From the NCBI GenBank assembly GCA_965205485.1, contig OZ242180.1, forward strand, positions 3,104,001 through 3,168,000: a stretch of 64,000 bases of DNA. The letters are read 5' to 3'. The DNA is from Candidatus Latescibacterota bacterium. Its GTDB lineage: Bacteria > Latescibacterota > UBA2968 > GCA-2709665. Shown piece by piece: positions 47,422 through 57,168 of this stretch. The position numbers and the translations under genes were made by a program. A model generated the notes under the pieces. The model was not told the origin of the DNA, did not search any database, and saw only the letters and a list, made by a program, of their open reading frames with translations. The stretch's first letter is position 1. Each line of letters starts with the position of its first letter.

Positions 47422-48825
47422 TCAGGTGGCGATGCGTTCGACTTCCAGGTCATCGAACCAGCTTGTACCACTGCCATCCTGGCGCAGGATGAGGTAGACG
47501 GCCCCGCTGTCCGGCGGGGATGGTCCGCGGATCTCTACACAGACCCGTGTCCAGTCATTGGTGCCCGTGAGTTTACGGGAACTGATGTAAGGATATTTCT
47601 CGGGTTCGTTGAAGACGCCCCAGCGCACGGCCAGAAAGGCGCCGCGTCCCCGGACGTTCTCGGTCTTGATGTAAACCGTCACGCGAAAGCCGGTGGACCG
47701 GGTCCAGCGTTCGGTCCAGGCGCCATCGCTTTCACGATCCATGACCCATTCGGTGGGGCCGTCCGTCGGTTTGTCGATTTTGAGCGAGTATGGGTCGGAG
47801 CGTCCGTGATCCTGACACCACTGCGCCCCGTCCCCTTCGGGCAGCCAGGGCCAGGGATCGGTATCGCACGGGGTGGGTCTGTTGAGCTGCAGTCCGTTTG
47901 AGAAACTGGTCCTGCGTTCGTAAACGGGGAGTTCCTCGAAGCCGTTGTACGAAACTTGGGGAACGGGCTCCGAACGGGCCATCAACTGCGCGGCCTTCCG
48001 GTCCGGGCAGAGGCGGATGCGAAAGTGCGGGCACAACGGCGCGTAGAGTTCTTCGCGCGTGTAGTGACCCGCGAAATGGATGTCGTATCCCCAGTTACAC
48101 ACGCCAACGGTCGTGCGATCCGCGGTATCGCCGACAAATTCAAAGGCGGGGTTGTTGCCCTCATCGTAGGCCAGCACGAACAGGCCGTCTCGCTTCAGCG
48201 AATCCGGGCCCGGGATGCCGGTGGCCATATGGTTGAGCGGCATCTGCCAGACGGCGCCGTCTCCGGTTTCGGCCAGGAGATGCGAGAATCTTTTCTTCCA
48301 CATCCCCGGAAATTCGACGGTCGGCCCGGGGATGTCATTGTACCAGGGGTCGCAATACTCGAAGGATACGGTCTCTTCCCGGTCCAGTGCCTCCGGACTG
48401 TGGATATCCAAATGGGCTTTGAAGTCATAGATATACGTCCCGGCGGCGACGTCGTACGTCAGCGTGAGGACACGGCGCGAGGTGGCCACGCCTCCCGGAT
48501 CCGCCGTGATTACAGTGAGGACAAGGCGGTCGGTTTCCTGGCCTCTGGCCTGGATGTCGATCAGATCGGTTGTGGCGAGCACGCGGTGTTGGAACACCCA
48601 GTACATCTGCACGCCGCAAACGAGCGGGCGGCCTCCCGGGGCCAGTTTCAGGTCTCGCAGGTTGACCGGCTTGGCGTTGCCGTTGAAATAACGGAGGTTC
48701 TGTTCGGGCTGCTCGATCAGCTTGTCTTCGAGGCGCGCGATGGGCTCGTCGCGATCGTAAATCCATGTCTCGCCGGCACAGACGCCGCCGTGCGTACGGA
48801 ACGTAAAGACGCTGTCGTGGGACAT
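47422..48825 (-). CDS. Hypothetical protein with C-terminal CBM-like jelly-roll
   Basis: GGAG RBS; C-terminal YIKTENV...GTNDWTRV...GTSWFDDL. Confidence 0.65.
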   Translation of the reverse strand: MSHDSVFTFRTHGGVCAGETWIYDRDEPIARLEDKLIEQPEQNLRYFNGNAKPVNLRDLKLAPGGRPLVCGVQMYWVFQHRVLATTDLIDIQARGQETDRLVLTVITADPGGVATSRRVLTLTYDVAAGTYIYDFKAHLDIHSPEALDREETVSFEYCDPWYNDIPGPTVEFPGMWKKRFSHLLAETGDGAVWQMPLNHMATGIPGPDSLKRDGLFVLAYDEGNNPAFEFVGDTADRTTVGVCNWGYDIHFAGHYTREELYAPLCPHFRIRLCPDRKAAQLMARSEPVPQVSYNGFEELPVYERRTSFSNGLQLNRPTPCDTDPWPWLPEGDGAQWCQDHGRSDPYSLKIDKPTDGPTEWVMDRESDGAWTERWTRSTGFRVTVYIKTENVRGRGAFLAVRWGVFNEPEKYPYISSRKLTGTNDWTRVCVEIRGPSPPDSGAVYLILRQDGSGTSWFDDLEVERIAT

Positions 48826-48915
48826 GTTTGACTCCTCCGTGGCGCGACCGACCGACGGGCGATATGATAGCCGGGACGGAACATCAAGTCAACACCTATC
48901 AGCAGGGACACGGGC

Positions 48916-48937
48916 TGTTAAAGTGCGCACGGTAACA
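48916..48937. promoter_or_regulatory. Palindromic operator between divergent operons
   Basis: TGTTA-AA-GTGCGCAC-GG-TAACA, 18 of 22 positions symmetric. Confidence 0.55.
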
Positions 48938-48943
48938 AAACCG

Positions 48944-48972
48944 TTGATCCTCGCTCGAGGCGCGCGTATCTT
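48944..48972 (+). promoter_or_regulatory. Putative sigma70-type promoter
   Basis: TTGATC-N17-TATCTT. Confidence 0.45.
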
Positions 48973-49023
48973 GTCGCATTATAGAGGATCGAACGGTTTC
49001 AACGCGCTGCTGAGGAGGCTCGC

Positions 49024-51993
49024 TTGGGGCGAGGCGGACAACTGTTGACGCCGGAACAGGTGAGAAACGCCCGGCATAACGCGACGCGATTCGATTGGGC
49101 GGCCGACCGGCGGGATGTCGCCGTCGAGAAGGCGAAGAGATGGGTGCGCCTTGACGACGATGCGCTCTGGGCGCTGGTTACGGGTCAGACGATCGGGCGC
49201 AGCACGAATGCGAGTATTGAAAAGGGGTGCCCGCAATGCGGCCAGGGAATCTACCGGCACGGCGGACGCTTCGAAGTCGATGTGCTGGCGGACCCGTGGA
49301 AGATCAGATGTCCTTCGTGCAACGGACGATTTCCGACAAATGACTTCGAGGCATTTTACCGGAGCGGGATCGCCGAAGACGGTCTGTTCGATCCCGAACG
49401 CGCGGACCGATCGTTGCTCTACAATACCGACCATCCGGATCCGGCCGATCCCAGTCACCTGTTCGCGGTGGACGACGGGATGGGTTGGACCGACGAGGAG
49501 GGAGAATCGTTCAAACTTGTCGGGGTCTATGGTCACTATGGAATCTGGTCGGAGCTCAGTTCCGCGTGCAGCGCGTTCCGTGAAGCGTTTCTGCTGACAG
49601 GAGACCGCGTCTACGCCCACAAGGCGGGGGTGCTGCTCGCCCGCATCGCTGACGTCTATCCCGAAATGGACTGGTCGTTCTGGGCGCGGCAGGGATTTTT
49701 CAATTCCGACGGACTCAGCGGCAGGGGTCGGATCTACGGCCGGATCTGGGAGCCCGGCCTCCTGAAGGCGTTTGCCGAATGCTTCGATCTGGTCCGCACG
49801 GCCTGGAACGACGACGACGAGCTGTTTCGGTTTCTCCGGGCAAAGCAGCGGCGGCACGGCCTGGTCGAGCAGGGAGCCACGGACGCGTTGAGCCGGCATA
49901 TCGAACGCCACGTTTTGAAGGAAGGGATCGATGCCATCCTCTCGGGCGATATTCACCACAACGAGCCCGGGGACCAGGCCACCATGGCCATGCTGGCGAT
50001 CGCGCTCGACGACGATCGGACGGATGACCGGCTGGATTGGATTTTTAAAGAGGGTTACCTCATCGGCCGCCGGCCGACCGGTGGACACATTCCCCTGCTC
50101 TTCGCCCGCGAGATCGATCGGGACGGCGTGGGATCGGAGGGTGCGCCGGGATACAGCCTGGGTTGGCTGAGGTGGCCCTTCGGAATGCGGTCGCTCGAGA
50201 TGATCCTCGGGTCGCGACCGTCATATACGCGCCTCGGGATCCGCGACTTCGCCAGATACCGCCAGATGTACCTGGCTTTCATGCGCGTGACGGCGCTGAA
50301 CCGATTTGTCCCTTCCATCGGAGACAGCGGGAGCACCGGAAGCCCCGGACTCGGCGGACAGGACCTGGAGCAATGTCTGTACGGATTCGAACTGTTCGGA
50401 GACGACGAGCTGGCGCAGGCCGTGGATCATCTGGCAGGCGGTGATCTGTCCAGGGTGCATGGCGCAATCACGGATCCGGACCCGGAGGCGATACGGGTCC
50501 GGGTGGCGGAAACGGTCCGCAGGCGCGGTCCGCTCCGGCTGACATCGGACGTGATGACGGGATACGGTCTGGCGATGCTCCGCGACGGAGAAGGTGAATC
50601 CGAAAGGACGATGTGGCTGTATTACGGTCGCAATGGGGGCCACGGACACGCGGACCGGCTCAATCTGGGACTCTACGGCTTCGGACTGGATCTGTTGCCG
50701 GACCTGGGCTATCCCGAGCACGCCCGGGTGTGGCCCAAGCGGTCGGGCTGGACCAACCATACGGTTTCGCACAATACGGTCCTGGTGGATCGAAGTCCCC
50801 AGAGACGCACCTATTCAGGCAAGGTCGGTTTCGCGGTATTCGCCGAAAACGTGAAGGCGGTCTCCGTGTCGTCCCCCGATGTCTATCCGCAGTGTCGCAC
50901 CTACGGTCGATGCAGCGTCCTGGTCCGGGTGTCGGAAAGGGACTTCTACGTCGTCGATCTGTTCCGCGTGTCCGGCGGCCGTTCACACCATTTTATGTTC
51001 CACGCGGCCGAGGGCGAAATTGAGACTTCGGGGATGCGGCTGCAGCGGCAGGCTCGAGGGACCTACGCTGGCGAGGACGTCGGTTTCGGCGAGTTCTACG
51101 ATGGATCCGTTGTGGATTTAAACGGTTACAGGGGAAGCGGTTTCCAATATCTGTACGACGTCAGGCGCTGCCCTTCGCCCGAGCGCGTCGTATCGGTGGA
51201 CTGGAGGGTAAGGGACACCTGGAAGGTCAGAGCGGAGTCCCGCGCTGAAGGGGTACCGCTGATGACCGACGTACACCTGAGTTGGCGTCTTTTCAGTCCG
51301 CCAGGAGAAGTGGCGCTGTGCCACGGCGACCCGCCCCAGAACAAGCCGGGGAATCCGCGAAGATTGACCTATGCGGTCGCCTCGCACGAAGGTGGCGACC
51401 GGCTCGAATCCTCGTTCCTGAGTCTGATCGAAGCCTACGACGGCGTTCGCGTGGTCAGGTCCGCGGAGGAAGTCGAGGTATCCGGCGCCGCCAGGGCGCT
51501 GAAAGTCCATCTGCCGGGCGACCGGGTGGATACGTTGATTTTCGGCGACGGCGATTCTCTGGTCGAGGTGGACGGACGAATCAGGTTCGACGGGAGTCTG
51601 GGCGTATATTCGGAGGTGAACGGATCGGCGCGTTGGGCCGTGCTGACGGGAGGCACAGTGCTTGGCACCGATGAACGGTCCATCCGGGAATCGTCGGGCG
51701 TGTGGCGGGGCAGGGTGGAAGCGTGCGAGCCGGGCCGGATCTGGACATCCGCAAGGCCGCCTGCCGAACCCCTGGAGGGTGGGTTCATTTCCGTCGAGAA
51801 CGATAACGAGCGCGATGCGACCTACCGGATTCGCGAGGTCCGCCGGGATGGAGACCGAACGCTGATCGACGTGGGCAACGTGGATTTCGTGAGGGGAATG
51901 GTGGACGACCTGGACTACTCGAAGGGATATCTGTACGATTTTGATGTGGGCCAACCGTTTCGCGTGGTACGGACGTACGAAGCCCGATGGTAA
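49024..51993 (+). CDS. Heparinase II/III-like polysaccharide lyase family protein
   Basis: TTG after GGAGG; DGVGSEGAPGY, IGD, GHGHADRLN, PDLGYP, TVSHNTVLVD, VDLFRVSGG; N-terminal CPQC/CPSC. Confidence 0.8.
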   Translation: MGRGGQLLTPEQVRNARHNATRFDWAADRRDVAVEKAKRWVRLDDDALWALVTGQTIGRSTNASIEKGCPQCGQGIYRHGGRFEVDVLADPWKIRCPSCNGRFPTNDFEAFYRSGIAEDGLFDPERADRSLLYNTDHPDPADPSHLFAVDDGMGWTDEEGESFKLVGVYGHYGIWSELSSACSAFREAFLLTGDRVYAHKAGVLLARIADVYPEMDWSFWARQGFFNSDGLSGRGRIYGRIWEPGLLKAFAECFDLVRTAWNDDDELFRFLRAKQRRHGLVEQGATDALSRHIERHVLKEGIDAILSGDIHHNEPGDQATMAMLAIALDDDRTDDRLDWIFKEGYLIGRRPTGGHIPLLFAREIDRDGVGSEGAPGYSLGWLRWPFGMRSLEMILGSRPSYTRLGIRDFARYRQMYLAFMRVTALNRFVPSIGDSGSTGSPGLGGQDLEQCLYGFELFGDDELAQAVDHLAGGDLSRVHGAITDPDPEAIRVRVAETVRRRGPLRLTSDVMTGYGLAMLRDGEGESERTMWLYYGRNGGHGHADRLNLGLYGFGLDLLPDLGYPEHARVWPKRSGWTNHTVSHNTVLVDRSPQRRTYSGKVGFAVFAENVKAVSVSSPDVYPQCRTYGRCSVLVRVSERDFYVVDLFRVSGGRSHHFMFHAAEGEIETSGMRLQRQARGTYAGEDVGFGEFYDGSVVDLNGYRGSGFQYLYDVRRCPSPERVVSVDWRVRDTWKVRAESRAEGVPLMTDVHLSWRLFSPPGEVALCHGDPPQNKPGNPRRLTYAVASHEGGDRLESSFLSLIEAYDGVRVVRSAEEVEVSGAARALKVHLPGDRVDTLIFGDGDSLVEVDGRIRFDGSLGVYSEVNGSARWAVLTGGTVLGTDERSIRESSGVWRGRVEACEPGRIWTSARPPAEPLEGGFISVENDNERDATYRIREVRRDGDRTLIDVGNVDFVRGMVDDLDYSKGYLYDFDVGQPFRVVRTYEARW

Positions 51994-52026
51994 GTAGTTG
52001 TCGATAAATCTCAGGAGAACGACGGT

Positions 52027-52713
52027 ATGGCCGAATGGCGCGACGATGCCGGACTCTTCGAGTTGATGAGGCGTGAGCTGTTCACCGCCGTGGTCGGCGA
52101 CGTGATGGACGAGGTGGGTCTGGTCAGGCAGTTCCTGCCGCCGGAGGTTCAGCCCCTCCGTGACGATATGGTCGTGGCAGGCCGTGCAATGCCGGTCCTG
52201 GAGGCCGATTGGACCGAAAGGGACGACGGTTCCAGGGAAAACGAAGGGCCGTTCGGCCTGATGTTCGAAGCGCTCGATGATCTGGGTCCGAACGAAGTTT
52301 ACATTTGCACGGGCGCATCGCCAACCTACGCGCTCTGGGGCGAACTGTTGAGTACGCGAGCGATGAAACTGGGCGCGGCGGGCGCCGTTCTGGACGGATT
52401 CAGCCGTGACACGCGGGGCATTCTGCATCTGAACTTTCCCACGTTCTGCGCCGGCCGGTACGCTCAGGACCAGCGGGTGCGTGGTCGCGTGGTCGACTAT
52501 CGCTGTCCGATTACGATTTCGAACGGCGCCGCGGTATCGCCGGGGGATATCGTGTTCGGAGACCTGGACGGCGTGGTGATCGTCCCCGCCGCCGCCGAAA
52601 CCGACGTCATCAACCGGGCGCTGGACAAGGTCAGGGGAGAGAACCGCGTCCGCGAGGCCATCGAAGGAGGGATGTCCTCGAGTGAGGCGTTTGAACGGTT
52701 CGGTATCATGTAG
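52027..52713 (+). CDS. RraA-like / HMG aldolase family protein
   Basis: AVVGDVMD, WGELL, DGFSRD, PGDIVFGDLDGVVIVP. Confidence 0.88.
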   Translation: MAEWRDDAGLFELMRRELFTAVVGDVMDEVGLVRQFLPPEVQPLRDDMVVAGRAMPVLEADWTERDDGSRENEGPFGLMFEALDDLGPNEVYICTGASPTYALWGELLSTRAMKLGAAGAVLDGFSRDTRGILHLNFPTFCAGRYAQDQRVRGRVVDYRCPITISNGAAVSPGDIVFGDLDGVVIVPAAAETDVINRALDKVRGENRVREAIEGGMSSSEAFERFGIM

Positions 52714-52754
52714 ATCCCAGAGCCCTGGTCAATTGGTAACAGGAGGGACGTGGC

Positions 52755-53759
52755 GTGAACGTCGTTCCCGTGGAATTCAAACGGGTGATGCCGGAGGACA
52801 TGCGAAAGTTCGTGCGCGAACTGTATCGCCGGGTGGGGAAGTCTGCGGACCGGGCGCGGCTGATGGCCGAACTCCTCGTGGATACCGATATACGCGGCGT
52901 GTTCAGCCACGGGACGCGGCAGTCGGCTCGCTACCTGCGTCTCCTGCGCGACGGAGAACTGAATCCGAACCCGGAAAGTTCCATTGCGCATCAGACCCCG
53001 GCGACGGCCACGATCGACGGGGACGGGGGGCTGGGTCATTTTGCTTCCTGGCGGGCGGCGCACCTCGCCGTGGAAAAGGCCGCGGCCGCTGGACTGGCGG
53101 CTGTGGCCACGCGCAACCATTTCCATTTCGGCGCTGCCGGCAAGTACTCCCGGGTCATTTCAGGCGCGGGCATGGCCGGCTTCGTCGTGTCGTCGCATGT
53201 CCGGCAACTGTCGCCCGATCAGGGGATCATGTCCGCAAACGGTGCGTCGCCGATGAGCTTTGCGGTTCCGTCCGGCCGGGAGCATCCGCTGGTCCTGGAT
53301 ATGTCCACGGCGCTGGCGCTTTCCGGAAACGCGGATTTCGAGACGATATTCCAGCGCATGCCAGCGACGTTTTTCAAGAGTCTCGGTCTGGGCGCCGTCT
53401 GTCACGCGCTGGGGGGTCTGCTGGCGGGGATTCAGACGTTTGACGATCAGGGAGCGTCGTGGCCGGCGGTGAACCAGGGATCCTTCATCCTTGCCGTGGA
53501 TATCGCTGCTTTTACGCCGCAGGAAGCGTTTCACCGGCAGATGGACGACTTTATTGCATCTGTACGTGGACTTAAGCCGTTTCCGGGCGAAGACCGCGCG
53601 CTGCTTCCGGGGGCCCTGGAATGGGAACGGGAGCAGAGATGGGCTTCAGAGGGCATTCCGGTCGGTTCGGATCACCAGAGGGATCTGGCAGCAATTGCGG
53701 CTGAACTCGGTGTGGAGACACCGTTTCAGGGTTGTGCCGGCCGGTCAGGTGGAACGTAG
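52755..53759 (+). CDS. Ldh_2 family (malate/L-lactate/ureidoglycolate dehydrogenase-like) oxidoreductase
   Basis: RGVFSHG, DGDGGLG, HFGAAG, VLDMST, LPG. Confidence 0.85.
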   Translation: MNVVPVEFKRVMPEDMRKFVRELYRRVGKSADRARLMAELLVDTDIRGVFSHGTRQSARYLRLLRDGELNPNPESSIAHQTPATATIDGDGGLGHFASWRAAHLAVEKAAAAGLAAVATRNHFHFGAAGKYSRVISGAGMAGFVVSSHVRQLSPDQGIMSANGASPMSFAVPSGREHPLVLDMSTALALSGNADFETIFQRMPATFFKSLGLGAVCHALGGLLAGIQTFDDQGASWPAVNQGSFILAVDIAAFTPQEAFHRQMDDFIASVRGLKPFPGEDRALLPGALEWEREQRWASEGIPVGSDHQRDLAAIAAELGVETPFQGCAGRSGGT

Positions 53760-53906
53760 GACCCGCGTTTCATGCAGGTGTATGGGAGCAGCGCGCGTGC
53801 CAATGCTCCCGGATCACACGGGCGAGCTGCTCCGTGCAGGGGTAAAACAGAGACGACGGCGCCGGGTCCGGGCCGGCTTTCCGCTGTCACATCGTGGAAG
53901 GAAAAT

Positions 53907-54887
53907 ATGAAAGTCAGGTTTGCACAATACGGTATGCTGCACTCTCACGCCGCTGGCAAAGCGGCGGTATTGAAAGCCAACCCGGACGTACACTTTTGTG
54001 GCGTTTTCGAGCCGGATCCGGAAGTGCGCGCTGCACGCGGCGCGATGGAGGCGTACACGGGCGTCAACCGGTACGACACCAGGGAGGAGATGCTCGACGA
54101 CGACTCGATTTCGGCGATTGCAGTGGAAGGCGCGATCGCGCAGAATCTGCGATTCGCCCGGGAAGTCCTTGAACGTGGAAAACACGTCTGGCTGGACAAG
54201 CCGGCGGGGGACGATTGGGAGGACTTTCAGGCCCTGGTCGCCCTGGCCAGGGAGAAGGGACTGCTGCTCCAGCTGGGGTACATGTTCAGATACAACGCCG
54301 GGTTTCAGTTCATCCTGGACTGCGTGAAATCCGGCAGACTCGGGGACATCTTCTCCGTTCGCGGGCGGATGTCTACGCTCGTCGGCGACGACAGGCGTGA
54401 GGGCCTGGCAGTCCACAAGGGCGGCATCCTGTTTGAGTTGTTGTGTCACTTGATGGACATCGTCGTGGCCGTGCTGGGGCGGCCGGACCGGGTGACGTCG
54501 TTCCTCAGGAACGAACGCGGAATCGTGCCCGCTTTCAGGGACAATACCGCGGCGGTCTTCGAGTATGAAAACGCGTTGGCGATCGTCGAGTCATCCTCTC
54601 TGGAAGTGTCGGCGTTTCCGTCGCGGCGGTTCGAAGTGTACGGTACGCGGGGGAGCGTCGTCATGGAGCCGCTGGAGCCGGATCCGGTTGTACGCCTCTG
54701 TCTGGACGAGGCTCGCGACGGTTTCACCAAGGGCTGGCAGGTTGTGCCCGTCGAGAACGAACCGAGGTACGTCGGGAGCCTGCGCTCGATGGTCGCTGAG
54801 ATCAAGGGACGGAGACCGACCGTCCGGTCACTCGATCATGAGTTGATCGTGCAGGAAACGGTTCTCCGCGCCGCGGGTGTATTGTAG
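53907..54887 (+). CDS. Gfo/Idh/MocA family oxidoreductase
   Basis: LDKPAG, GYMFRY, GRLG, GGILFELLCHLMD. Confidence 0.85.
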   Translation: MKVRFAQYGMLHSHAAGKAAVLKANPDVHFCGVFEPDPEVRAARGAMEAYTGVNRYDTREEMLDDDSISAIAVEGAIAQNLRFAREVLERGKHVWLDKPAGDDWEDFQALVALAREKGLLLQLGYMFRYNAGFQFILDCVKSGRLGDIFSVRGRMSTLVGDDRREGLAVHKGGILFELLCHLMDIVVAVLGRPDRVTSFLRNERGIVPAFRDNTAAVFEYENALAIVESSSLEVSAFPSRRFEVYGTRGSVVMEPLEPDPVVRLCLDEARDGFTKGWQVVPVENEPRYVGSLRSMVAEIKGRRPTVRSLDHELIVQETVLRAAGVL

Positions 54888-54945
54888 GTCCTGATTCACG
54901 GTTGTTCAGTTGCGCGACAGGGAAAATCCGACCAAGGAGCGAGCT

Positions 54946-55362
54946 ATGGGTCTGTTGAGGCATCTCGCGCTCCGCTGCGCCGATATGGAAGCGTCCAGGC
55001 GGTTCTACGAAGAGGTGATCGGCTGGCGTTTCATCTCCCGCCGTGCTCACGGCGACGCCCTGGACATGAGCGACGGAACGAACAACATTACGTTGATCCA
55101 GCAGCCCGGGGATTCGAATCGACCGCGCCTCGAAGAGGGAAACGAGTACATCCACTTCGGCGTGGTCGTGGACGACCTGGATGCGACATGGTCTCGCGTT
55201 TTGGACTGGGGAGCGGAAGTCGTGCGGGAAAACGTGAAAGAGCGCAACCCTGTCGATCCGGACGTGCGCCCGCCGGTCTCGTTCAAGGTCCTGGACCCCG
55301 ATGGAAATATCGTAGATGTCACCTGCAACAGGAGCGAGTGGGTCGGGGCCCGCATGGATTAG
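54946..55362 (+). CDS. VOC/glyoxalase family protein
   Basis: HLAL...SRRFY, HFGVVVDD, DPDGN; AAGGAG RBS. Confidence 0.85.
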   Translation: MGLLRHLALRCADMEASRRFYEEVIGWRFISRRAHGDALDMSDGTNNITLIQQPGDSNRPRLEEGNEYIHFGVVVDDLDATWSRVLDWGAEVVRENVKERNPVDPDVRPPVSFKVLDPDGNIVDVTCNRSEWVGARMD

Positions 55363-55496
55363 GATTCTGCGCTGCAAGGCCGGGTTCGGAGGATCGAAAC
55401 GGCGGATTTCGTCCCATATGTCGTGACGGACGATTCGTATTCAACCGCGATCTGTTACGACCGGACGGTCATTTGACGGAAGGAAGGAACTCGCGC

Positions 55497-56540
55497 ATGA
55501 TCCTGATTACCGGTGCGCCCGGTTGGCTGGGCACCCGTCTGGTCGATACGATCGTCAATGGCAGTACCGGTATGCCCTGGCTCACGGAACCGTATGCGGA
55601 TCGCCGCATACGGTGTTTTGTGTTGAACGGGGTGAGCCCGGAGGAGTTGCGCGGCTTTTCGCGGAGGGTAAGCGTGTTGGCGGGTGACGTGCGCGACAGA
55701 GCGTCCCTGGTGCAGTTGTTTAAGGATGCCGAAGGCGCCACGCTTTTTCACCTGATTGGTGTCATTCATCCCAGGCGGGTCAGGGACTTCTACGACGTGA
55801 ATACGGGCGGCGCACGCAACATCGTCGACTGCGCCGTGGAGCACGGCGTTGAGCGGCTGGTGATGATTTCGTCCAACAGTCCGGCGGGTCATCACACCGG
55901 AAACGGGCGCCTGTTCGACGAGAACTCGCCGAATCGGCCATATATGAGTTACGGAAAATCGAAGATGCTGGCGGAAGATCTCGTCAACGCGGCGCACGCG
56001 TCCGGAAAACTCGAAACCACGATTCTTCGACCCTGCTGGTTTTACGGTCCCGGTCAACCGCCGCGGCAGACACGATTTTTCAAGATGATTCAGAACGGGC
56101 GCGTGCCCGTTGTTGGCGGGGGCGAAAACAGACGTTCCATGACGTACATAGACAACCTCTGTCAGGCCATCCTGCTTGCCGGTCATATGGAGCAAGCGCG
56201 TGGACAGACCTACTGGATCGCGGATCGAACGCCATACACGATGAACGAAACGGTGGACACCATCGAAAGGCTCCTGGAGCATGAATTCAACCTGCCGGTC
56301 GCGCACAGGAGGTTGAGACTGCCGGGAATCGCCAGTGAATTCGCCGTGGCCTGTGACTGGATCATCCAGCGCGCCGGACTGTACTGGCAGGAGATGCACG
56401 TCCTGTCGGAAATGAACAAGACCATCGCGTGTTCCATCGAAAAGGCCGAACGGGAACTGGGCTACTGTCCTCGAATCGGCCTGGAGGAGGGCATGCGGCG
56501 GTCCATCAGGTGGTGTATCGACCGGGGATTCCTGCCGTGA
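55497..56540 (+). CDS. NAD-dependent epimerase/dehydratase (extended SDR)
   Basis: ITGAPGWLG, SSNS, YGKSK, RPCWFYGPG. Confidence 0.88.
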   Translation: MILITGAPGWLGTRLVDTIVNGSTGMPWLTEPYADRRIRCFVLNGVSPEELRGFSRRVSVLAGDVRDRASLVQLFKDAEGATLFHLIGVIHPRRVRDFYDVNTGGARNIVDCAVEHGVERLVMISSNSPAGHHTGNGRLFDENSPNRPYMSYGKSKMLAEDLVNAAHASGKLETTILRPCWFYGPGQPPRQTRFFKMIQNGRVPVVGGGENRRSMTYIDNLCQAILLAGHMEQARGQTYWIADRTPYTMNETVDTIERLLEHEFNLPVAHRRLRLPGIASEFAVACDWIIQRAGLYWQEMHVLSEMNKTIACSIEKAERELGYCPRIGLEEGMRRSIRWCIDRGFLP

Positions 56541-57125
56541 AAGAAAGGCCCCTGGTTGTCGTTCCGGAAGGATTGGCCGGGGGCGCCCGCGGAAAGACCC
56601 TGCCCGAGCCCAGTTTCGTTTTTCGGCAGGTCCTGGACTATGTCGCGACAATCGCGACGCCGTCTACCGTCGTGTATCTGGCCCCTGCGAATCGGTTTGG
56701 CGGCAACGTCTTTGAACAGGAGGCGGCATACGCTTACCTGACCGCGAGGATCGGCCTGCCGACGGATTCACTGTCCCGTATATCCGGCGCCCGGATATGT
56801 CGATACGCTCGGTAATGCGCGTTTGCTGCGAAAGTACCTCGTCGACCGGAATCGATGGCCGCCGGGCCCCGTCGACCTGGTCTGCGCCCACACTCACTCC
56901 TACCGCGCGCATTACTGTTTCGCCAGGTCGGGCTACCGGATTGCGCGGGTCCACCGGGTGCCATTCCGGGTCTTCTCCGGCGAGCGCATTGTCAACCGCC
57001 TCTGGTACTATCGGGTCAAACCCGCGCACGTCGTCTATGAGCTATCGGCGTTGGCGCGCGATGCCATTCGCTGCGCGGTGTTCGGTCACGGAAACAGCTT
57101 TCCTGAGTCGGCTGGAGAATCGTGA
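56537..57125 (+). pseudogene. YdcF/DUF218-like gene split by a +1 frameshift near 56750
   Basis: GTG overlaps upstream TGA; first frame to ...EQEAAYAYL, second frame ...YVDTLGNA...HSYRA...YE. Confidence 0.6.
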
Positions 57126-57168
57126 GGTACTCTAGGAAAAGAACACCACGGGCAGGCAGGTCCTACAC

